From Octopus bimaculoides (taxonomy: Eukaryota), in the NCBI RefSeq assembly GCF_001194135.2, contig NC_068981.1, forward strand, positions 40,960,987 to 41,024,986: a DNA stretch of 64,000 bases, written 5' to 3'. Below the pieces are notes generated by a model. That model made no database searches, was not told the origin of the DNA, and saw only the letters and a list, made by a program, of their open reading frames with translations. Below, in pieces: positions 12,257 through 24,600 of the stretch (its first letter is position 1; every line of letters starts with the position of its first letter). A program made the translations under genes and the position numbers.

Positions 12257-15200
12257 AGCTTGACAAAGTGACTGCTTTTGACAGTATTCCTGCTGTCATC
12301 TTCAAATATTGTACACATGTTGACTGCTGATAGGCAGGCCTTCATTCAACAGTCTGTTACACTTCCTAACATGTCTTTTCTTAAGCTACATTTTCTACTC
12401 TTCTGAATTAACAATCTGTAGGCGATAAGACTTTCCTCATTTTATCAGCTTTACTGCCAGACCCTATACTGCATGCTTTCCCTAATTTTTCCTTCTCAGA
12501 ATTACAATCCCTTGGAATGTTCTCTCTCAGCTTAAAGTTTTCCTACTAACAGCAAATTGCATGAGTTCAAGCTGAACATCAGTCTCCAACTTCACCAGTG
12601 TGGGAGAAGCTACAAGTATTATGGGATCTACCTTTTTCCTTGTGCTAAATAGTAACATTCTTCCACCAGACATACACACCTCTACACATATATACTTATA
12701 ATTTCATATGTAACAGCACAAAATATAGTAAATTAATTTTGCAGATGAGGATTTATATACACATTTTAAAGTAAAGATTTTATTAACTTTTGCAGGTATG
12801 AAGCATATGATTTTCATCACGAATGTCGAAATATGCGATGGGAGAGGCTTTCAATTCTAATAGATTTGGTACGTGAAGAAAGAAAAGAATTAGGGTGAGT
12901 ATTCCTTTTATCTCTCGTCAGTGTAATATAATTTCAATTTTTTTGTACATTTGAAATTATTTTTGTGCCACATTTCTCCTCATCGTCATCATCATCATTT
13001 AACATCCTCCTTTCATGCTGACATGGGTTGGATGGTTTAACAAGAGCTGACCAAGCAGGAACCTGTGCCATGCTTCTGAATGTGTTTTGGCACGGTGTTT
13101 ACAGCTGGATGCCCTTCCTAACACCAACCACTCTGTAGAGTGGGCTGAGTGTTTTTTTATGTGGCATGTCATTTTTGGCATGGTTTTATACTTGGATGCC
13201 TTTCTGAATGCCTACCACTTTACAGTGTGGACTGAGTGCTTTTTAAGTGGCACCTGCACTGGCTTTGCAAGATAAAGAATCTTTGAGAGGGGAGAGGGCA
13301 TTGGAGTAGGTGATCTCGTGTCAGATGATGAAAAATAGAGTTTGACAGAGAGGCAGAAACAGATATTTTGCTGTAGAGGAGGTTCATGGTTACCCAGCCA
13401 GAGAGAGGGAGAGAAAGAGACCAAGAGTTAACAAGAATAAGGGTAGAAACAGGTTTTTTGCTGTAGAGGAGATACATGATTACTCAGCCAGAGGGGAGAG
13501 CAAGGGAAAGTGAGAGCGAGCAGGTGAGGGATGGCAGCAAGTGCCAGGGTATACTTGCAAGGAACGAGGACCAGGGCATAGATGGAATGGTAGAGTAAGG
13601 AAGAGGGAGATGAATTGTGGCAGGGTATCGCTAAGGAGTCGGGAGTGGGAGAATGCAGTGACTGGAAAGAATCTGGGTATATACAGGGGGAGGAGATGGA
13701 AGGAAGTGGTGATGCAGTGAGCAGGGTAATGAGGACTGGGTTTGGGAGTCGGGGTGGGGACCACTGTGACTAGTAAGAATCTAGGTATATAGAGGGGGGT
13801 TGCACCAATACAGGGAGCAGGGTAGCAAGGACTGAATTGAGAAGGAAGAGAAGAGAAACACTTTGGGAAGGGAAGGAGTGTGGATTAGGGCGGAGTGAAA
13901 AAGGCAAATTTCAAAATTGGTAACCAAGAATCGATATGTTGTTGGGAATTAGGGTTAAAAGAAAGGTGTATAAAGAACTTTGTGGTTAAAAATTTTTTTC
14001 AGGCTCCACAATGCAGTTGGAAATTTTTTAAATCGCTATTTTTGGTCAAATTTTGGAGTTCATCATCATTTAATGTCCGTTTTCCATGCTGACAAGGGTT
14101 GGACAGTTTGACTAGGGTCTGGAAAGCCAGCGGCCACACCAGGCTCCAATCTGCTCTGGCAATGTTTCTACAGCTGGATGCCCTTCCTAACGCCAACCAC
14201 TCCAAGACTGTAGTGGGTGCTTTTTACGTGCCACCAGCACAGGAGCCAGTCAGGCAGGCCTGGCATCGATCATGTTTGGATAGTGCTTTTTACGTGCCAC
14301 CAGTACGGGAGCCAGTCATGGATTATAAGTCGTAAGGAAAACATATTTCTATGTAGCAGAATGCTAAACAGTGATTATAGTATCCTTAAGAGGTTACATA
14401 CCAAGTTTCAATTTCAGTTGACTAATATCTTGGTTTTGTTCAATATGTATCCCATGTAAAAAATAGCTACATAAAAAAATGAAGTGGGATCTCTGACAGA
14501 AAGAGAACTAGGGTTACAGGCTTCATAGATACCTACTCAAAGTAAGTAGTATGAACATCCATTAAATAAAGTTCACAAACTGTACAAATGGATCTCCAGA
14601 AGTAGATAATTTCATTAAATCTAAGTGATCTAATCAGTGTTAGATGTGGTTTTAATGCTAATATAGTAACTAGAGTAAGAAACATAAAAATTTAGGACTA
14701 TGTTGTCATTATTGGTTATGAAAAATGTATCTTTATGTAAGTTAGAATATACAAATGTGACGTTAGATTGAAATAAGACATGACACTTGAATGCAGAAAA
14801 TCTACGTAACTTGAAAATAAATGAGTTTGAACCATTTGCTGTTAAAAATGAAGTTAAAAATATAGGTTTCAAATGACAAATTATTAAATGTTTATCACTC
14901 AACATTTGTTTTATTCTTTTAATGTATAATGGAGAAACTTATATATTTATAGCTTTTTCTCTTCATCGCGAGATGGCATTACCTTAACACAACAGAATGG
15001 TGTCTTCCGGACAAACTGCATTGATTGCCTAGATCGTACCAATGTTGTACAAAGTATGATAGCCAAAGAGTCATTACAAGATCAGTTATTTGTAAGTATG
15101 CAAATTTCATTCATTTTGTCTTTAAGCAAGTATACAAATGTCTTCAATTTTCTTAAAAACATTTCATTCATGTTGAAGAATGAAATTAAATATACAAGCC

Positions 15201-18200
15201 CAATTGACAGGATGTTAAAACTATCCATCCTTCATGCACCAAGAACACTGGATAGGAAATTCTTTATTAAATTACTCTCTTACCTCATTACATAATATTA
15301 ACGAAATCATTCCCTTGCAACATGAAATAAGAAGAAAAGTTGCTAGAATAAGGGATTAGAGATTTATTATTACCATTGATTACAAAGATTTTATCTCTTT
15401 TTAGGAAATGTGATACTTGTGCACATGACAAAGTTGGTGTTAATTATAACCATCCTCAAGCATCATTTGATATTAGTCTACACAGTTAACGCTTTTAGCT
15501 TGTTGTATATTTTTTTGCCACTGCTATGTTCTTTTACATTTTATGCACTTTATATTTATAGTATCTTCAGGTTTTACCCCCAGGAAAAGATGTAATGGAT
15601 TCTCAAAACTTTTCATACATCTTTAAAAATGGTGAGTAGATTTTATAATTAAATATCTTGTATTTTGGATTAACATTTTCTTAGAGATAATATAGTTAAA
15701 AAAATTTCATTTTATATAGGTGCAGGAGTGGCTGTGTGGTAAGAAGTTTGCTTCCGAATCACGTAGTTCTGAGTTCAGTCCCACTGCATGGCACCTTGGA
15801 CAAATATCTTCTACTATAGCCCTAGGGCCAACCGAAGCCTTGTGAGTAGATTTGGTAGGCAGAAACTGAAAGAAGCCCGTCGTATATATATATCTGTATG
15901 TAACATGTGTGGAAAATAGACTCCATCAACTGCCGGGGGTGGGGGCAAGCTAGAGGTAGTAGACAGCTTCCTGTATCTAGGTGACAAGGTTATTAGTGGA
16001 AGTGGTTGTTCCAAGAGCATAACTATGATTAGGCTGGGCAAAGTTCAGAGAGCTCCTACCCCTTCTAGCAACAAAGAGCCTTTCTCTCAGAGTGAAAGGC
16101 AGATTGTTTGATGCTTGTGTTTGAACAGCTATGCTGCATGGCAGTGAAACATGGACTATAATAGCCAAGAACATGTGTAGGCTTGAGAGAAATGAAGCCA
16201 GTATGCTTCGCTGGATGTGCAATGTCAGTGTGCATGTTCAACAGAGTGTAAGCATCTTGAGAGAAAAGTTAGGCATAAGAGGAATCAGATGTGGTGTGCA
16301 AGAGAGATGACTGTGCTGGTATGGTCATGTGATGCATATGGATGAGGACAGCTGTGTAAAGAAGTGCCGATCTCTAACTGTGGAGGGAACCTGTGGTAGA
16401 GGTAGACCCAGGAAGACATGGGATGAGGTGGTGAAGCATGACTTTCGAACTTTGAACCTCACAAAGGCAATGACTTGTGACTGTGACCTTTGGCTATGTG
16501 CTCTGCTTAAGAGGATCCGTCAAGCCAAGTGCACCCATGCTGGTGGCACGTAAAAAAATCAATCTTTGAATGTTGGGCTTCACGGAGGCAAAGTGGCTGA
16601 GTACCTTTTGAGTGTTGGGCCTCATGGAGGCATAGTGACTGAGTACCTTTTGAGCATTGGGCCTGTTGGAGGCAAATTGGCTGAGTTCCTTTCAAGTGTT
16701 GGGCCTCACAGAGGCGGGGTGACTGAGTTCCTTTCTAATGGGCCTCATGGAGGTGAAGTGGCTGAGTTCCTTTCAAGCATTGGGCCTCATGGACGCAAAG
16801 TGTCTGAGCTCCTTTCGAATGTTGGGCTCCACAGAGGCAATGACCAAGACCTTTTGCATTATGTCGTGCTTGAGAAGATCCATCAAGCCAAGCAAAATCG
16901 GAGTCGTGGCAGATACCGGTGTCACACAACTGGCACCTGTGCCAGTGGCATGTAGAAGCACCCATTACATTCTCAAAATGGTTGGCATTAGGAAGAGCAC
17001 CCAACCACAGAAAACTATGTCAAATCAGACTGGAGCCTGGCACAGCCTTCCAGTGTGCCAGCCCAGTCAAACTGTCCAACCCATACCAGCATGGGCAATG
17101 GACGTTAAATGATGATGATAACTTTTTGAATGAGAAGTGCATATTAATTAAGTTTTGATATAATTTCTTATTTTAGTGTGGGCTGACAATGCAGATATTT
17201 TATCAAAGCAGTATGCTAGCACAGGTGCATTAAAAACAGACTTTACTCGGTATGTAAAATTCAGTTCTTCTATTATCCAAACTAACTATTCCTTAATATG
17301 TTCACTATAAATATTTTTAACACACTTACCACATTCACTACTCACACTTGATTTCTATAGACTAAGTATGATGATATGACCAACTATTTTTCTAAGTTTT
17401 CTTTTACCATATACTTATTCAAACTCCTGATCAATACTTTCTATTACTTTTATTTAAACTGATCTTATTGCGATTTATTTTATATTTTATTTATTACTAG
17501 GACTGGTAAACGAACTAAATATGGCTTAATGATGGATGGTTTAAATTCACTAATCCGTTATTTCAAAAACAATTTTAAAGATGGATTCCGACAGGTAATT
17601 AATAATCTTTTATTAAAGTACTAAATATAGTACTGTAGTTTATTTGAAGCACTATTGTTTAAGTCTAGGATTAGTTGTACTGAAACCCACATCTTCTCTA
17701 GACATGACAGGAAATGTAGTAAGAATAAATGGATGGAGAAATTCAAAAAATCGCTTTGGTTCTATGGTGTGCATGTGTGTGTATGTTAAAGCTTGTTTTT
17801 ATTTCAAGTTATATATCAAAACAATTTAACACTATACTGAAGGATTCCACACTACTTTTTAGTTGAGTACATATAACTTTTGCAAGGAAAAGGTTGATAG
17901 TAACTTTGAAGCTTTGGTTTTTGTTTGCATTCATCAGACTGATGAAGGCAAACAAGCCAAAACTTCAAAGTCACTGTAAAACTTCCCCTGAAAAGCGTGT
18001 ATATGTGTGTGTTTGGGTTTGTGTATGTGTAAATATATATGTAACTACACACAACTGTTGGTGATTTCTTTCTTTCTTTGAACTTTTCCCTTTCTCCATT
18101 CCAACAAAGAGCAATCCTCAAAACATTAAAGACTCTCTCTTTTTACTGAGCTTCAAACTAATGCATTCCTTGTGCATGACCTTTTGTTGTCTGTTACTCT

Positions 18201-18591
18201 TATTTTTATTGTTTATTTATTTTGAAATGACTCTGTGTGTGTGTGTGGCTCTAGTAAGAAGTTTGCTTCTCAACTACATGGTTCTGGATTCAGTCAGCTG
18301 CGTGTCTTCTATTATAGCCCTATTGTAAGTGGATTTGGTAGGCAAAAACTAAGAAAAAACAGTTGTGTGTATGTGTGTGTCTCCTTGACTTGACACCACA
18401 TGATAGTTGTAAGTGGGTATACAAATGGTATACATTGACTCAGGTGTAGCAGGCAGCCGGGGACCTGAAAGATGGCGATCCACGCCCGGTCGGGACAAAG
18501 CCAGAGGAAACTCTGGTGGAAGTCCAAAGCGCCTCTGACGTACAAATCGATCGTCGGAACCGGGTGTAGGGGCAAAAGACCAATCGAGCCG

Positions 18592-18634
<43 letters not shown>

Positions 18635-21600
18635 CGCCAGCGGGAGAACAACACACAATTCCGTCCGGTAAAGCGAACGACTGGAGGCCTCGGGGACGTT
18701 GACGGCCTCGATCTACTCTCGAACTCGGAACGGGCGAAATGGGCCGCTCCTCTCCTGATCGGAGGCGGCTGTTACGAATTGTCTTTTGCGATTCTTGCGA
18801 CGAATGCACGGTGCCAAGTGGGCCGCTTTTGGTAAGCAGAACTGGTGATGTGGGATGAACCAAACGTCCGGCTATGGTGCCCTACGCTTCACCCATTAGA
18901 TCCCCGAAAGGGTGTTGGTCAATATAGACAGCAGGACGGTGGCCACGGAAGTCGGAATCCGCTCAGGAGTGTGTAACAACTTACCTGCCGAATCGACCGG
19001 CCCCGAAAATGGATGGCACTGGAGTGAGCGACCGATGCCCGACTTGAAAACCAGTGGGGCTTGATGACATGTAGGGTATCCAGCCATAGAAAAATCTACT
19101 TCAAATAGACACTGTCTCACTAATGCAAGTACGGAAAAATGGACATTAAATAATAATGGTGATGTGTGTGTGTGTGTATACATGCACACACACACACACA
19201 TTTACTCTAATTAGTTTCAGCCCGTTAGTTGTGGCCCTGCTGGGGTACTATTATTACCTTTCCTGCAACCCTCCTTTCTTTCTATATGATGATTTTTGGT
19301 GAATGATGTAACTGAATATTACTGCTCTTATTTGCTTTCTTGCCTTAAGTTTGCAGTTAGATACATGGAATGGATACAGATCCATTCCATGTATATCTCA
19401 CAGGTGAATATTAAAGAGTTGTGGGCCTTCAAATGCTAAGCTGTTGCAGTATATAATGCTAACTTTTGATGAGGAAGGTAGGACCCTTGGCCACTTTAGC
19501 AAATGGCATAGCTCTCTATGCTAGAGTTTTGTGCCGTCCCTTCAAGGGTCTGCCATCAATATATCACTGCATATATTTCTCATCTTTCCTTCAGGGAATA
19601 GAGTCTTTCTTCTTTCAGCCTCTCCTCAACTATTGTACTGAGCAATCTTCTTGGTGTAGCAGCATTGAATTGCTACAAATTCCTTTATGTATTCAGTGTT
19701 TTTTTGTGTTTCTTTTTTGTTCTAACACAGAACATAAAAAACACCTACCACAGCCTGTTAAATGGTTGGCTTTAGGAAGGGAACCCAGCCTTAGAAACTA
19801 TACCACAAGAGACAGTTGGAATCTGGACAGCTCCCTGCTAGCTAGCACATGTTGAATGCCTAGCAGCTGAAACATTGCTGCCAGTATAACCAGTTTTTTA
19901 TCATTCTGTAGAGATCATTACCCTTGAGAGTTTCTATCATTCTAACACCTTCCGTTCTTGTGTCTTGGGGAAATTTTCCATTCTTTATGCATTAAAATTT
20001 TTAATAATTGTAATATTTACTTTTAAATTTCAGGATTCTATTGATTTATTTCTTGGAAATTATCTTGTTGAAGAACAAGAAGGTATTACAAGACCCTCTC
20101 CTTTAGTGAATGATCGAGATTGGAAATTCTATGCAGTAAGTTTGTTTTTTTTGTTTTTTTTTAAATCACTGATTTTTTTCATCTCAAATCATCATACAAG
20201 CAGGGTTGTCATTTTCAGTCTTCCATGAAAAACATTACTGATCGTGGGGAAATATTATCTTGCCTGTAAACAGGTGAGGGTTGACAATAAGTAGGGCATC
20301 CCACTGTAGAAACACTGTTTCAACAAATCCCGCTTGAGCCTTGCAAGCACAGAAAAGTAGCTGTTAATTGATGATGATGATTATAGATATTCTTTCAGTT
20401 TCCATCTATCAAATCCACTTGCAAAGCTTTGATCAGCCTCAGGCTATAGTAGACACCTACCTAAGGTACCACACGGTGGGACTGAACCCAAGGCCATGTA
20501 GTTGGGAAGCAAGCTTATTAACCATACAGCCAAGTCTGTGCTTAATTTATTTGTTGATGCAGGCACAGTTCATTTCTTAACATGGTTAGGGCCTCAGTCC
20601 CACTATATGAACATCGTTGGTTGGTGTTCTATACTATAGCTGCATATATAATACTAACTTTCCTATAATATTCCAAAATATTGAAGAAGGAGTTTTAAAT
20701 AGATTTATTATACTTGCTATATGAAATGAATTGAAAAAGCTTTCACGTATCTGAGACAAAACGAAAGAGTAGATTCAAATGTGACCTTTGAACTTTATCC
20801 CTGTAAAGCCAGTGTTAAGGCTTGTATTATCTAGAAAATCAGTTTGATTTTGATGTGACTGTACTTAAATAAGTTTACCCTTAATTTTGCTATTCAGTTT
20901 CTACAGTGTTACATGCATAGTCATGATGATGGAGAACAAAGAATTTATTTAAATCTGGATTTTTTATTATTAATATTTTTCATATAGTTTTCAGGTTTTA
21001 TTTTGAGCAGTCGACGCTTAGGTTTTGGGAAAAAAAATAACTTTAATTAAAAGTTTCTTTTTTAAATCATAATCTTAATAAACTCAAATGCAGCATTTTA
21101 AATTTCCAGAAAGTAAAAAAATAAAATTTAAACCAATCCATCATGTTTTGTATGCAAGTTTGAAGGACATGAATTGTGTTGTCATTCTGCATGCATGTAT
21201 CGTTAATATCTATTTATATATAGAATTTCTGTCTAGATGAAAATAAAAACAGTGTTTTATTGCTACAAGTGTAAGCTTTATTTATTTTTTTTTTTTTGAT
21301 CACTTCATATCAACAATTATGAGCAAAAATTAGCTAATTTTTTAAACTGTATTTAGTTAAATATTGACTCAGGTTGTTTCTTGTTTTACTTAATAATTCA
21401 AAAGTAGAATGTAAAACTGAAACGGAAGTGGCAAAACAACAAAATGTACTTAGTTTCTGTTTATACACTGCCATGTACATAATTAGTGCATACGTGCTGA
21501 CACAAAAACATATACATGTTAAAGTTTCACCTGTATTTTGGTGTGTTCCAGGCATGACCGTTCAGTGTGTATACTGTTTAATATATATCAAAAAAAGTTT

Positions 21601-24600
21601 TTTTAATTAACAGCCTAATTACAACAATGTTTAAATCAGTTTTCAATGGAATTTTATCATCATTGTCATGCATCTACTGTCTATGCTGGCATGGGTTGTC
21701 AGGTCATTGCTGATCTCCTAGATGGATTGGAGGACTAGATCTCACTCATAAGTTTCATTTTTGGCTTGGTTTCTATGTTTGGATGTCCATCCTATCGCTA
21801 ACCACTTTACAGAGTGTGTTGGGTGCATTTTTCACAGTATCAGCATCAGAAAAGTTGTCATGTCGTTGACAAGACTAAAAGGATTACTCAACCTCACACT
21901 TAATTAACGAAGTGCAGCAGGTGCTTATTTCTGAAAAACATAGTGATATTTCTAAACCCCATAACTAACTTCTGTTTTGAAAAGAAAGGAAAAAGAAAGT
22001 GTGATCTGATTATAGGCATGGCTGTGTTGTAAGACGGTTGCTTCCCAATCACATGGTCCTGAATTCATAGCACCTTGGGCAAGTGTCTTCTTCTATAACC
22101 TTGGGCCGACCAAAACCTTGTGAATGGATATGGTACACGTAAACTGAAAGAAACCTGTCATCATCATCATCATCATCATCTTCATCGTTGTCGTTTAACA
22201 TCCGCTTTCCATGCTGGCATGAGTTGGACGGTTTTACTAATCTGGCAAAGTTTCTACAGCTGGATGCCCTTCCTCACACCAACCACTCCGAGAGTGTAGT
22301 GGGTGCTTTTTATGTGCCACCGGGACAAAGGTCAGTCAGGCGGTACTGGCATTGACCACGTCATATATGTTCTTTTATTCTTTTACTGGTTTCAGTCATT
22401 TAACTGCGGCCATGCTGGAGTATCACCTTTAGTCAAAGAAATCAACCCCAGGACTTAGTCTTTGTAAGCCTAATACTTATTCTATCGGTCTCTTTTGCTG
22501 AACCACTAAGTTACAGGAAGTAAATGTACCAACATCGGTTGTTTAGCGATGGTGGGGAGACAAACACAGATACACAAACATACATATATATTTATGTATG
22601 CGACAGGCTTCTTTCAGTTTCTATCTACCAAATCAATTCACAAGGCTTTGGTCGGCCTGAGGCTATAGCAGAAGACTCTTCCCCAAGGTGCCACGCAGTG
22701 GGACTGAACCCAGAACCATCTTGCCACAGCTATGCCTGTACCTATGTGTATATTATATGTGTGTCTTTGTGCCTGTGCTTGCCCCACCACCACTGCTTGA
22801 CACCAACTGTCACTGGTGTGTTTATGTCCCCATGACTTAGCAGTTCAGCAAAAAGTGCCCAATAGAATAAATACAAGGCTTATAAAGCAAATAAGTAGTG
22901 GAGTTGATGCATTTGACTAAAATTTCTTCAAGGCACTGCCCCAGCATGGCCACAGTCTAATGACTAAAACAAGTGAAAGGTAAAAGATATAAAGGCTAGA
23001 ACTGACTGAACCTACATCTTGTAATTTTCTTCTTAGCAGAACGATTATATCTGGAGAAATATAATTTTGATTCTGTTTAAATAGAAAGGTGGAATGTAAT
23101 CCAATAATAATAATAATATCCTGGAAAAGGGGTATATTAAAAGTTAAAGGATGTTTGGTTAAATTATAAAAGTGTATTAAACAAAATACTTCAAGATATG
23201 TTGAGAAGAAAAATATTCAGTTTCTTTTTCTGTATATAGAAAAAGCAAATTTTAGATGTCAGTTTTATCATACTACAACAAAACATCTTCAAGTGTAATT
23301 AGGCAGACATCTATAACCAGCTTTCATAATGGAACCTGGTATATCTTATACAAATAAACCTAGAGTTTTTAATTTGTCAAATATAGGATTATATGCTTTG
23401 TTCATTTAAATTTTAAGCCCTTCTTTAGTATATATTTAAGAGGAAACAACTCATCCATTTCAAGGTTCATAAATCCATAGTTTTGAGTTCTGGAAATTAA
23501 TCAATGCTTCCATCTTAAGTTAGATTAGGCATATTTGGTTTTATATACTGCACAGCTAGTTTTGGTTAATTATATACTTGCATTAGTATACATCAGGAGG
23601 TATAAATTAAAGTTTGGTAAGATTTATGTTTTCAGAGTTTTCCAGAAATAGTTTAACAAAGTTTGTCATCAAAGTATGTATCCGGATTCTATAAATCTCA
23701 AGATTATCTGGAAAGTATCATGAGATTTTTTTTTTATACTGAAAGAAATTACTTCTAAGAAGAAAATAATTTTTATCTATCAGGGTTGCTGAGCCAAGTT
23801 TTGTTCTTTCAGAAAGTAGTGTCTGTCTAAAAAGTCACTTGTTATCATAAATTTAATTTGACCTTTCCAGTTGATGTAATCTTTTAGTGAAGGAATCAAA
23901 GAATGCATAACAAATTGCACCCTCACATCTGACTTTAGGAGAATTAGTTTAAATGTTTGTATGTGTATGTTAATGTGTTTATGTTTATATACTTGCCACA
24001 ATCATTGCAACCTTTTAGTATCTATTTTTAAGCCATGGATAACTTGTTACTATCCTTGTCTCCACACTGTCACTCTTGCCTTCTTTTTCATACTCTTTTC
24101 ACTTGGATACTTGTCCTTGCCTTATTCTTCTCTCATATTTTCCTTCTACTACACATTCTTTATACTTATATACTTAGTGCTATCACAAACATTTGTGTTT
24201 GGAGGTGGGGAGTTCTCTCTAGCAAAGGATTTTACTCAACACATCAGTACTATTATCTCACCACAGCTTATATTAACTTACATAAATTTGTGACCTCAGC
24301 CAATGACAATCCTCCTTTATCAGTGTTAAATTTGGTGCCTCACTAGATCCCTGTCCATATTCCCCAGTTGATGATGCTCTGCTCAGTTGCTCTGAATGGC
24401 TCTGATTGTTCATTGGTGATAGTCATGATGACCTTTATCCAGGTTGACCCAACAAGGAAGATGGCTGCTACTAACTAGAAACTGTCTGAGACATTTAGAA
24501 TTATCCACCAGTTAAAATCATCATCAATAAGGTGGCAGAATCATTAGCATGCCAAGCAAAATGCTAAGTGACATTTTGTCTGTCTTTATGTTCTCAGTTC

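Noticed and set aside
15719-15800. tRNA genes at SINE heads (also 33351 and 43190-43240)
   Set aside because: A/B-box-like motifs run into SINE bodies and I could not form a complete cloverleaf
18446-19043. Functional rRNA gene; ORFs 18312..18863 and 18896..19201
   Set aside because: Isolated ~600-bp fragment inside a SINE in an intron; the ORFs are antisense readings of rRNA
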